From: Spirochaetota bacterium | GTDB taxonomy: Bacteria > Spirochaetota > UBA4802 > UBA5368 | Assembly (NCBI GenBank): GCA_035477215.1 | Contig: DATIKU010000030.1 | Coordinates: 22,299 to 86,298, forward strand | Direction of reading: 5' to 3' | DNA length: 64,000 nucleotides | In this document: piece after piece, positions 10,294 to 21,408 of the stretch | How positions within the stretch are numbered: the stretch's first letter is position 1 | How the letters are laid out: each line of letters opens with the position of its first letter | Notes under the pieces: generated by a model | Told to the model about the DNA's origin: nothing | Seen by the model: only the letters and a program-made list of their open reading frames with translations | The model's database searches: none | Translations under genes and position numbers: made by a program

Positions 10294-12744
10294 CTATTCA
10301 ATCTCCTCGAGACCGCTGTCCGTCCTGCGAAACTGTCGCAGGCGCGTAAGTCGTATTCGATGAAGCCCTTCCATTGGCATCTCCGCGAGCGCCATGACGG
10401 CCCTGTCGATACGAAGCGAATGCTCGTCGCCCGCCGGAAGAACCAGTGTTACGTTTGCGCCGTCGATACGGGCATCGAGGATCGCCTCGCCGAACTCGAT
10501 CGTCGAGTGGCCCTTCTTGGTCTCCTTTTGAAAGGGGATGCGCGCTTCGATACCGCGTTTCATCGTTTCAACAATTTCCGTATCGTCAGTTTCGACCGAA
10601 TACTCCATGGCGCGGGTTATGGCCATCAGCGATTCCTTTGTTGCGATAAGGCGGGCCGACTCGACTCGTACCCCCCGGGGGAGGCGGTCGTTCATCCTTC
10701 CCGGTAATTCCACGATATCAACATCATCATACAGATCGACGTCAAGCATCTCGCAGGCGCTTTCGATGCCGAGCGGCAGGGGATAGCCCGCCGCGATGCG
10801 CTCCCGCTTGTTGAATCCCTGCGAGAAGGAAACGGGAATTCCGGCCATGCGCAGAGAGCGCTTTACGATCTCGATAAAATCGATGTGCGGAATGTAGCGT
10901 GCGAAACCGTTCTTTGACAGGCGAAGCCGCACCCGCAGCACAACCGCGTATTTCCGTTCGAACGCGTCGACCGAACGGTCATCGACGGTCAGGACGCCCG
11001 CGGGGCGCGGGAATTTTTTCTTTAATACCGACGTATCCGCGGGCGCCTTGCGCTGGAGCCCAACGAGACGCTCGAAGCCCGTTTCGACCGCGCTCCACGG
11101 AAAGACCTCGTCTTCGCGGCGAGAATCCAACAGGGACCTCCATCCCGGTAAATCCTCGTTCAGCCGTTTCTCCCATGTCCCGTAATTGAAATGCTCGCTC
11201 CACGAATCGAGCCGCGCGCCGTCGCGGTATGCACCGAGTATGACCGTAGCGAGGCGCTCATCGCCGCGGGCGAGCACACCTTCCAGGACCGACGATTCAA
11301 CATTATGGTTCTTTATCGTTACCGATCGCGGCACTCCCCGCTTGAGGCGACGGACGATATCGTAAAAATACGCCGCGTCCATCTGTCGCGCCCACTGAAA
11401 AGGAGTCAGCGGCTTGGGCACGAAGGGCGAGACGGTGACATTGATCTCCTTTTTGCCTTTCGAGAGCGATGCGATCCTTTTAAGCAGGGCGATCATCGCC
11501 TCGGCCTCGTCGACACTTTCGCAGCCTGGGAGCCCTATCATGAAATAGAGCTTCAGCGTCCGCCAGCCGCGCTCGAATACGTGCGCCACGATCGAAAGCA
11601 GATCGTCGGTGGATATCCTCTTGTTGGCCAAAGCGCGTATCTCCTCCGAGGCCGACTCGACGGCGAAGGTAAGCGAGGCTTTTCTCAGCGAGGAGATTCT
11701 CTCGATTATCGGGAGGGTGCCCATGTCCACGCGAAGCGACGGAAGCGAGATCGAGACTCCGCGCTCATTGAGGCGCGGAAGGATGTCGTTTAAGAGCTCG
11801 GCCAGGTGCCGGTAATCGCCGATGGAAAGCGACGCGAGGGTAAGCTCGTCGTATCCGGAGTTTTCGAGCACCGTCGTGATGCCGTCGGAAAGAAGTTGCG
11901 GCGAATACTCCCTACAGGGGAGGTCGTAATAGCCCGCATGGCAGAAGCGGCACATGTTCGAACAGCCCCGGCTGACCTCGACGATCGCCCTGTCCTGGGC
12001 CACGCGAATGTTCGGAACGATGGGCCGCAGCGGAAAGTGCGGCACCGGCGCCCGGTACGACCGTTTTCGAACGAGCTTCCCCTCGATCGCGGCAAGTCTG
12101 CCGTCTTTGCGGACGACGCGATGCAGCGACGGGACGTACACGCCCTCGATTTCTTCGAGTAGCGCGAGCTTTTCGTTTCGGCGGAGGTTTCGCCTTTTTG
12201 CCGCCAGCAGGCATTCGGCGATCTCCACTATGCCCTCCTCGCCGTCGCCCAGGAAAAATGCGTCGACGAAATCCCCCATCGGCGCCGGGTTGCAGGACGC
12301 CTCGCCCCCGGCAATCACGAGCGGCTGCGAACCGTCCCGTTCGCGTGCCATAAACGGAATCCCACCGAGATCCAGGACTTGAAGAACATTCGTATAAAGA
12401 AGATCGTGCGACAGATTAAATGCGAGCATATCGAGCTCGCCAAGCGGGGTGCGGCTTTCGAGCGTGAAAAGCGGAAGGCCGAGTTCGCGCAGGCGCTTTT
12501 CAAAGCCCGTATCGACCGAAAAGACTCGTTCGCATGCCACGCCCTCGATCGAATTGGCGATATCGTACAGTATGCGTATCCCGTGGTTCGACATCCCTAC
12601 CTCGTAGAGGTCGGGATAGCAGACGGCCATCCGGAGGTCCGCGCCGGATTTTATCACCTGGTTGTATTCGCCGCCGGTATATCGGGCTGGCTTCTGCACC
12701 GCGGCGACGAGTTCGGTTATGACTGAATCCTTAATTGCCGGCAC
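10294..12744 (-). CDS. Large radical SAM protein: B12-binding-like N-domain, radical SAM core and C-terminal DUF2344-like domain (TIGR03960/TIGR03936-type fusion)
   Basis: CSNMCRFCHAGY CxxxCxxC cluster motif. 816 aa. Overlaps the ksgA stop by 14 nt, so probably an operon. Confidence 0.75.
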   Translation of the reverse strand: MPAIKDSVITELVAAVQKPARYTGGEYNQVIKSGADLRMAVCYPDLYEVGMSNHGIRILYDIANSIEGVACERVFSVDTGFEKRLRELGLPLFTLESRTPLGELDMLAFNLSHDLLYTNVLQVLDLGGIPFMARERDGSQPLVIAGGEASCNPAPMGDFVDAFFLGDGEEGIVEIAECLLAAKRRNLRRNEKLALLEEIEGVYVPSLHRVVRKDGRLAAIEGKLVRKRSYRAPVPHFPLRPIVPNIRVAQDRAIVEVSRGCSNMCRFCHAGYYDLPCREYSPQLLSDGITTVLENSGYDELTLASLSIGDYRHLAELLNDILPRLNERGVSISLPSLRVDMGTLPIIERISSLRKASLTFAVESASEEIRALANKRISTDDLLSIVAHVFERGWRTLKLYFMIGLPGCESVDEAEAMIALLKRIASLSKGKKEINVTVSPFVPKPLTPFQWARQMDAAYFYDIVRRLKRGVPRSVTIKNHNVESSVLEGVLARGDERLATVILGAYRDGARLDSWSEHFNYGTWEKRLNEDLPGWRSLLDSRREDEVFPWSAVETGFERLVGLQRKAPADTSVLKKKFPRPAGVLTVDDRSVDAFERKYAVVLRVRLRLSKNGFARYIPHIDFIEIVKRSLRMAGIPVSFSQGFNKRERIAAGYPLPLGIESACEMLDVDLYDDVDIVELPGRMNDRLPRGVRVESARLIATKESLMAITRAMEYSVETDDTEIVETMKRGIEARIPFQKETKKGHSTIEFGEAILDARIDGANVTLVLPAGDEHSLRIDRAVMALAEMPMEGLHRIRLTRLRQFRRTDSGLEEIE

Positions 12745-13570
12745 GGATCGCCTCCTGAATGCGCGCGGTCAAAATCGTGTATTCCGCAACGGACATGTTT
12801 TCCCCCCGTATCCTCTCATCCATTCCCATTTCACCTAAAACACCGAGCACCACTTTACGGTCCAGATCGATATGAGGTGAGTCCGCCAGCGCCTTCGACA
12901 GCGTTTTCCTGCGGCCCCAGAACGCCGATTTCACCAGCAGGTGGAACAATGCAAGCCCCTCTTCGTCGAGACCGACGTCGTCCCTCATCGCAAGCTCTAT
13001 AAATACCGAAACGACATCCGGTCGTGGATAAAAGCACTCCGGCCGTATGCCAAACAGCGACCTTGCCCGGTAATATATCCCGAGTGCGACCGAGAGCGCT
13101 CCGTACTGCGCTGTTCCCGGAGCCGCCACGATCCGCCCGGCCATCTCCTTCTGCAGCATGACATATACCGACGGTATGCGGTATTCCGTCGCAAGTTTAA
13201 AGAGGACTTCCGAGGAACAATAGTATGGAAGGTTCGATACGGCCTTCGTAAAAACGCCGGAAGGAGCGATCTTAATAAAATCGCCATGGATAAGCCGCAA
13301 CTTCCCGTTTCCTGAAAAACGGTCCGAAAGATATCGCACAAAGCCGGCGTCGATCTCCACCGCCGTCACCGAGCCGGCACGTTCAAGCAAGCCTCCGGTG
13401 AGCGCGCCAAGCCCCGGGCCTATCTCGAGGACGGTATCGGTCACCGCAACGCCGGCCGCGCCGAGGATCTTTCCAACAGTGCCGGTGTCGCACAGAAAAT
13501 TCTGCCCGAGCTTCTTATTAGGTGAAAGCCCCAGCGCCCGGGCCGTTTCTATTATTTCACTTCTGTTCAT
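12731..13570 (-). CDS. rsmA: 16S rRNA (adenine1518/1519-N6)-dimethyltransferase RsmA/KsgA
   Basis: KLGQNFL motif, VLEIGPGLGALT SAM-binding motif, 279 aa. Confidence 0.85.
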   Translation of the reverse strand: MNRSEIIETARALGLSPNKKLGQNFLCDTGTVGKILGAAGVAVTDTVLEIGPGLGALTGGLLERAGSVTAVEIDAGFVRYLSDRFSGNGKLRLIHGDFIKIAPSGVFTKAVSNLPYYCSSEVLFKLATEYRIPSVYVMLQKEMAGRIVAAPGTAQYGALSVALGIYYRARSLFGIRPECFYPRPDVVSVFIELAMRDDVGLDEEGLALFHLLVKSAFWGRRKTLSKALADSPHIDLDRKVVLGVLGEMGMDERIRGENMSVAEYTILTARIQEAIRAGN

Positions 13571-14000
13571 TCGATGCGTCCATATCCCCTCGATCCGGTT
13601 CGTGGGACGGTGGCTCAGAAGATTATTTTACACCGCCGCAACAAAGTAAATATATTTACTCAAACCATAGCCTGAACCGATTGGCCCAGAAGCGCAGGAT
13701 ATTGTCAACCACTCTCGCCAAAGTCCATTTCCGTTTCGGCCGTGTAAAATTCCCGCCCCAATGGCCTTCCGGGTCGCGCCGACTGTTGACCGCCCGCCTG
13801 GAAGAGGTTGGATGAGTATCAGGATATTCTTTGATAAGAATGAGCGCATACGGGATGCTTGCGACCGTACGTTTATATGGGCAATTTATATTAAATCAAT
13901 GTTAAATAAGTCTTTTAAATCGGGTTTTAAGGCTGTACTTGTTTGACAAATTTGTACCGGGGAATTTAGCTAACGCAGATAACCATTCTTCGGAGGAACC

Positions 14001-16169
<2,169 letters not shown>

Positions 16170-16200
16170 TTTCCGATAATCAAAGCGGTAAAAAAACGAA

Positions 16201-16229
16201 AAGCGCTCCATTCATGGGGCGCTTTTTTT
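16201..16229. terminator. Bidirectional intrinsic terminator shared by convergent glnN and the HDAC-like gene
   Basis: Hairpin AGCGCTCC-attcat-GGGGCGCT followed by T8 on the plus strand and preceded by an A7 run (U-run on the minus strand). Confidence 0.65.
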
Positions 16230-16246
16230 TCGCGCAGCGAGTAGCA

Positions 16247-17557
16247 TCAAAACCTGAGGTATTCCCGGTCCCTCCTGTTGATAAACTGGATATGCGAATG
16301 CCTGCCCTTTTCACGCGACTCTTCGAGGATGCGATAGCCCTCGCTTTTACACCTGTCGCAGGCCCCCAGCGGGACCTCGACACCGAGGCAGAGCGGGTTG
16401 ACCGACGATATCGTCTCGATCTTTAAAACGCCGCCGCAGTCGTCGCAGACCATGATCGACTCGACCTGGTTTTCATGAATGCCGTCGGTGTCGTAGTAGA
16501 TCGACTTTTTGCGCACGAAATAATTGCCCGGCATTGTGCGCATCACCAGATCGCGCGCGCGTCGGTGCCGGTCGAGTATTTCTCGGGAGAGCTTTTTTAT
16601 GTACTGCGTTACCTCAGCCCCCTGGCGGATCGCCTCTTTGTCGAAGTCGGGTTCGCGCACGTAGGAATAATCCAACCCCGCCATGGCGAGTACTATTCCG
16701 AGGTTTACGTAGGGAAGCGCGCCCTGTATGGAATAGCCTCCCTCGAGCACCGCGATATCCGGCTTTAGCAGCTCGTTCAACCGGGCGTAACCCTGGGCGG
16801 AGAAGTGCATATTGGTGATCGGATCGGAATAATGGTTGTCCTGGCCCGCCGAGTTGATGACCAGATCGGGCTTAAATTCGTCGAGGATCGGCAGGATCAC
16901 CTTCTCCAGAACGTACAGAAAGCCCTCGTCGGAGGTTTCGGGCGGCAGGGGGATGTTTACGGTCTTCCCGATGGCGTTGGGGCCTCCCTGTTCTTCGATA
17001 AAGCCGCTGCCCGGATACAGCGTCCTTCCGTCCTGGTGCACCGAAATAAACAGCGTATCGGGGTCGTGCCAGTAGACGTCCTGGGTGCCGTCGCCGTGAT
17101 GGCAGTCGGTGTCGACGATGGCGATGCGCTTCCTCCCACAGTGTTCGCGGATGTGCTCGATCATAACGGCCTCGATGTTGATGTTGCAGAAGCCGCGGGA
17201 ACCGTGCACCACCTTCATGGCATGGTGTCCGGGCGGGCGCACGAGCGCGAATGCACGGTCCTCGCGCTTTTCCATCACCAGCTTCGCCGCCTTGATGGCG
17301 CCTCCGGCCGAGACGAGGTGCGACTCGGTCAGGATACTTTTTACGTCGGGAAAGCAGAAATGCGTGCGTTCCACATCTTCTATCGTCGCGATATCCGGCT
17401 TGTATTCCTTGATTCCGGGGATGTCAAACACGCCCTCCTCCACCAGCTGGTCCTGCGTATACAAAAGGCGCTCCTGACGCTCGGGATGCGTCGGACTTAT
17501 CGCCCAGTCGAAGGCCGGGAAGAAAATGAGACCCAGTTTGTTCTTCGCCTTCAGCAT
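16247..17557 (-). CDS. Histone deacetylase (HDAC)/acetoin-utilisation AcuC-family amidohydrolase with C-terminal Cys4 zinc-ribbon extension
   Basis: DTDCHHGDGTQDVYW and RPPGHHA HDAC active-site motifs. C-terminal CDDCGG...CDRCK. Confidence 0.8.
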   Translation of the reverse strand: MLKAKNKLGLIFFPAFDWAISPTHPERQERLLYTQDQLVEEGVFDIPGIKEYKPDIATIEDVERTHFCFPDVKSILTESHLVSAGGAIKAAKLVMEKREDRAFALVRPPGHHAMKVVHGSRGFCNINIEAVMIEHIREHCGRKRIAIVDTDCHHGDGTQDVYWHDPDTLFISVHQDGRTLYPGSGFIEEQGGPNAIGKTVNIPLPPETSDEGFLYVLEKVILPILDEFKPDLVINSAGQDNHYSDPITNMHFSAQGYARLNELLKPDIAVLEGGYSIQGALPYVNLGIVLAMAGLDYSYVREPDFDKEAIRQGAEVTQYIKKLSREILDRHRRARDLVMRTMPGNYFVRKKSIYYDTDGIHENQVESIMVCDDCGGVLKIETISSVNPLCLGVEVPLGACDRCKSEGYRILEESREKGRHSHIQFINRRDREYLRF

Positions 17558-19227
17558 GATTGGCGCACCCCCTTTCCGTATTCCTCCAGTATGCCCGGCT
17601 TTACCTGACAGCGCACCCTGATGTTTTTTCCGGTGGTGAAATGCCCCTTCACCATGTTGAAGGAGGCCGCGTCGACCACCTCGGCCTGTACGCGCTCTCC
17701 GGGGGCGGTTTTGCCGAGATGTTCGATGAGGTATCGCCGAGCGTCTTCCCCCGCCTGTTCAAGTGAATACGAACCCGGAATTTCGCGCGATACGCTTATC
17801 TCGGGGATGATGAGCATGCCCTTCTCGGTATCGGCGAGGAGCTCGATACTCATGGTCGTTCGCGCAAGCGCGGCGCCGATCGCGTTTGCAACCGAATAAT
17901 TGCGCGGCACCGTCACCCCGAGCGAAAAGACCGCGGCCAGGGCCTGACCGAAGGCCTCGGCCGGCCCCCCCACGGCATACATCCGTCCGGGCGTGATTTT
18001 TCTTCCCTCGAGCATTTCGTGTATGGTATACACCGGCCTTTGATTTATTTCATCGACAAGCGTATCGACCGCCGATTTGATGGCGGCAATGGCCCGCGAT
18101 ACGGCGGCTTCAGCAAGGGCGTCCGCCGGCATCCCCGACTTTTTCGCAAGCTCTGCAATCGCATTTTTCGACGATTCAACGTCCCCGTGTGTGACGCTCC
18201 CCCTGAAGTTGAAGGCGTCGATCAGGGTCGCAAAAACCCCGCCGTCGGCCACCGCCGGGCCCAGCCGCTCGGGACCCACATCGACGGCGCCGTTGTTCAC
18301 CCTGAGGAGTGAGTCGCCGCCTATCCCTATCGAGCGCGTTCTCAGCGCCCGCACCAGCGTGGGTCTTCCGTTAAGCGCGATCCCATCCGGTTCGATGATC
18401 GGGGCCCCCGACGCGAATACGGCGATGTCGGTGGTCGTACCGCCGATGTCCATGACCACCGAATCGGTGGAGATATCGCAGAGCGCGAGTATCCCCATCA
18501 CGCTTGCCGCCGGCCCCGAAAGAATGGTCTCAACCGGCAGTATGCGCGATACGGCCAGCGGCATGGTGCCGCCGTCAGCTTTAAGCACGTTTACGGAAGC
18601 GTTGACTCCGTATGCGGCCAGCGCTTTCTCCACGGCGTCGGCGAACCGGTTGTAGAGACGCCACACCGCTGAATTATAATAGGCCGTGGCTATGCGCCGT
18701 GGAAAGTTAAGGTGACCCGAAAGTGTGTGCCCCATGGTGATATAATCGGAATCGCCCGACAGCGAGTCCCTTATCGCGTTCTCGTGGGAGGGGTTGCGCG
18801 GTGAAAACTTCGAGACCGCGGCGAAAGACCTGATTCCGGATTTCCTGCACGCCGCGACCGCCTTTTCCAGCTGTCGCCGGTCGAGCTGAAGAATCTCGGT
18901 ACCCCGGTGGTCAAGCGCGCCATCGACACGATGATAGTGCTCCCCGATTTTAAAAAGATTCGGTTCGATTCCGGGCCCCGCACTTACGACCATACCGACC
19001 TTTTCGGTCGTGCCTTCCACGATTGCGTTCGTCGAGAGCGTTGTGCTGAGGTTGATACGGTGGATATCGGCGGCGCCGACCTCGCGAAGCATAGCCGCTA
19101 TTCCGTCGTTCACCGACTCGAAGAGGTTCTCATGGTTGGTTGCCACCTTGGCGGCCGCACGCACGCCACCGGCGTCGATAACGACCACGTCGGTATGGGT
19201 GCCTCCCACGTCAATACCAAGCAGCAT
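17551..19227 (-). CDS. Hydantoinase_A / oxoprolinase family (ASKHA ATPase) protein. ORF open to 19260; the likely start is MLLGIDVGG.
   Basis: LLGIDVGGTHTDVVVID, NLSTTLSTNAIVEG. 7-nt overlap with the downstream HDAC-like gene. Confidence 0.6.
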   Translation of the reverse strand: MLLGIDVGGTHTDVVVIDAGGVRAAAKVATNHENLFESVNDGIAAMLREVGAADIHRINLSTTLSTNAIVEGTTEKVGMVVSAGPGIEPNLFKIGEHYHRVDGALDHRGTEILQLDRRQLEKAVAACRKSGIRSFAAVSKFSPRNPSHENAIRDSLSGDSDYITMGHTLSGHLNFPRRIATAYYNSAVWRLYNRFADAVEKALAAYGVNASVNVLKADGGTMPLAVSRILPVETILSGPAASVMGILALCDISTDSVVMDIGGTTTDIAVFASGAPIIEPDGIALNGRPTLVRALRTRSIGIGGDSLLRVNNGAVDVGPERLGPAVADGGVFATLIDAFNFRGSVTHGDVESSKNAIAELAKKSGMPADALAEAAVSRAIAAIKSAVDTLVDEINQRPVYTIHEMLEGRKITPGRMYAVGGPAEAFGQALAAVFSLGVTVPRNYSVANAIGAALARTTMSIELLADTEKGMLIIPEISVSREIPGSYSLEQAGEDARRYLIEHLGKTAPGERVQAEVVDAASFNMVKGHFTTGKNIRVRCQVKPGILEEYGKGVRQSC

Positions 19228-19369
19228 GCAACACCTCACCGGTAGAAAGTGCCCGAGCATAGCTCAGGTACAGTCCTCTGTCAAGAATGATATGCCACCC
19301 CGAATGGGGCATTTTCATTGTTTACAAAATTCGAGAACTTTACCAGAATGAATCACAACAGGTTCAGTC

Positions 19370-21379
19370 ATGCGTGAGAACCACAGACCATTGATAAAAA
19401 CCATACCTCTGACACTTGCGACAGCGGCCGTTTTATTGGCCGCCACAGTGCATCTGCGCGCGAACGCCCCGGAGCCACCGCGCGCGGTCGGCGGCGTGAT
19501 GGATCTGCGCTCGTATGACCTGGAGCGCATGAAACCCGTCAGACTGGACGGTGAATGGGAGTTCTACTGGCGGCAGATACTGGAGCCCGCCTACTTCCGA
19601 ACCGGCAATCGCGGGGCCCCAGGTGAATTCTTCACCGTTCCCGGCGTCTGGAACAATCGTTCGGCCGGAGATACGATCATCGATGGAGACGGGTACGCCA
19701 CCTTTCGCCTCACTATCCTGACCGACGGCCGCGAGGGCATACGCACTTTGAAGATACCGGTTATGGCAACTTCATATCGGTTATACGCCAACGGACTCCT
19801 TCTTGCCGTCAACGGAATCGTTTCAACATCCCCCGAGTCCACAAGAGCGGAGTACAATCCGAAAACCGCTTCGTTCGAACTCACCGGAAACATGATCGAG
19901 ATGGTAATGCACATCTCCAACTTCAGCTCGGACAAGGGAGGCCCCTGGAACTCCATCCACCTGGGGACGGAAACCGAAATCATGATGCTCCGGGACCGCC
20001 GGCTTTTATACGAGTATGTTCTGCTGGGCGGGCTCATCGTGATGGGCCTCTATCACCTGGGTCTTTTTCTCCTGCGGCGTAACGAACGGTCCGCTCTCTA
20101 TTTCGGGGTCTTCAGCCTGATCATCGCGCTCAGGCTGACACTTACGGGGGAGTTCATGCTCGTACGGTTCTTCCCCGGAATCGACTGGGAACTGGAGATG
20201 AAGATCGAATTTCTCACCATCTATGTGGGGCTGCCGGTATTCGCCGGATTCATCCGTTCGCTCTTTCCGTCCGAAATGCCCGGGATCGCGCGTTACATCT
20301 ATTTCGCGATAGGTCTTTTATTCTCCATCCCCGTATTGATATTTCCATTGCGCGTTTACAGCCATTTCCTGACGCCGTTTCATATCGTGAGCCTGGCCGC
20401 GTTTGCCCACCTCCTCTTCACGGCATGGCGGGCCGTTCTCCGCAGGCGCGCTGACGCGATGCTCGTACTCGTCGGGCTGCTGATCCTGATGGGTACCGCG
20501 ATCAACGACATCCTCGACGCCAATCTGGTCATACGAACGGGCTACATGCTGCCCACGGGACTTTTCATTTTCGTATTGCTGCAATCCTTCATACTCTCCC
20601 GACGGTCCACGGGCGCGTTCGCTGACGCGTTGATCCTGGCAGATCTTCGCCAGGAGCTCGAGGTCGCCCGTCGCATCCAGAAATCGATCCTGCCCGTGTC
20701 GCCGGCCGTCATGGACGGTATGGACATGCATATTTTCACCCTTCCTCCCGAGGGCATAAGCGGCGATTATTACGACTGGCACATTATCGACAGTCGGCGT
20801 ATCGGCATACTGTCCGCCGACATAGTGGGACACGGCGTTTCCGCCGCCATGATCGCGTCCACGCTGAAGGTCCTCTTTTCGTTCGTCAGGGACAGGGCCG
20901 ACTCACCGGCCACGCTGCTGCAGGCCATGAACGACATGCTGGTGGGCAGGAACATAAGTCAGTTCATTACGGCTTCGTACTCGTACATTGATCTCGATGC
21001 CCGGAAAATCGTGTACGCGAACGCGGGCCATCCACCTTTTTTCATCCTGCCCCGCGACGCCGCCGAACCGATCGTGGCCGATGCCGAAGGCCGGGCAATG
21101 GGCTGGACGAACGACATCCGCTGTGCACAGCACACCCTTCCGCTTCGACCGGGAGACAGGCTGGTTATTTACACCGACGGAATAACGGAATGCCGGAGCG
21201 CGCGGGGGGAGCTTTTCGGCGAGAAGCGTTTCGCCTCGTGCCTCCGCGAGTGGAGGGATCTGCCCGGGGGAGAACTCGCGAGACTGCTCGGGGTACGGCT
21301 TACGGCCTGGCGCAAACCCGCCATTGACTTCGAGGACGATATTACACTGCTGATTATCGGTCTCGATGGAAACGAATAG
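19370..21379 (+). CDS. Membrane receptor: periplasmic 7TMR-DISMED2-like domain, 7TM region and C-terminal PP2C/SpoIIE-type serine phosphatase
   Basis: Signal peptide, a block of ~7 hydrophobic helices (residues ~210-400), then GISGDYYDW...ILSADIVGHGVSAAMIAS...VIYTDGITE. Confidence 0.75.
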   Translation: MRENHRPLIKTIPLTLATAAVLLAATVHLRANAPEPPRAVGGVMDLRSYDLERMKPVRLDGEWEFYWRQILEPAYFRTGNRGAPGEFFTVPGVWNNRSAGDTIIDGDGYATFRLTILTDGREGIRTLKIPVMATSYRLYANGLLLAVNGIVSTSPESTRAEYNPKTASFELTGNMIEMVMHISNFSSDKGGPWNSIHLGTETEIMMLRDRRLLYEYVLLGGLIVMGLYHLGLFLLRRNERSALYFGVFSLIIALRLTLTGEFMLVRFFPGIDWELEMKIEFLTIYVGLPVFAGFIRSLFPSEMPGIARYIYFAIGLLFSIPVLIFPLRVYSHFLTPFHIVSLAAFAHLLFTAWRAVLRRRADAMLVLVGLLILMGTAINDILDANLVIRTGYMLPTGLFIFVLLQSFILSRRSTGAFADALILADLRQELEVARRIQKSILPVSPAVMDGMDMHIFTLPPEGISGDYYDWHIIDSRRIGILSADIVGHGVSAAMIASTLKVLFSFVRDRADSPATLLQAMNDMLVGRNISQFITASYSYIDLDARKIVYANAGHPPFFILPRDAAEPIVADAEGRAMGWTNDIRCAQHTLPLRPGDRLVIYTDGITECRSARGELFGEKRFASCLREWRDLPGGELARLLGVRLTAWRKPAIDFEDDITLLIIGLDGNE

Positions 21380-21408
21380 AGGGCCCGAAGGCCCCCTATA
21401 TTCCAGGA

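Noticed and set aside
10294-12744. Whether the large radical-SAM protein is the glycyl-radical-enzyme activase
   Set aside because: Its architecture (B12-binding-like N-domain, single CxxxCxxC, DUF2344-like C-terminus, 816 aa) is that of the TIGR03960 family, not the ~300-aa PFL-AE type with auxiliary ferredoxin clusters. It is co-transcribed with ksgA instead.
13646-13659. 14-bp perfect AT-rich palindrome GTAAATATATTTAC upstream of ksgA, and 10-bp ACAAATTTGT overlapping a TTGACA box upstream of glnN
   Set aside because: Short AT-rich palindromes are common by chance in promoter DNA. No second copy or recognisable regulator consensus (GlnR/NtrC/sigma54) could be matched, so they are noted only as weak candidates.
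17551-19227. Whether the hydantoinase_A-family protein could be the missing HgdC-type activator for the nearby dehydratase genes
   Set aside because: At 559 aa, with hydantoinase-type N-terminal motifs, it is about twice the size of HgdC and BcrAD activators. It lacks their C-terminal cluster-ligating Cys and is encoded in a different transcription unit, coupled to the HDAC-like gene.
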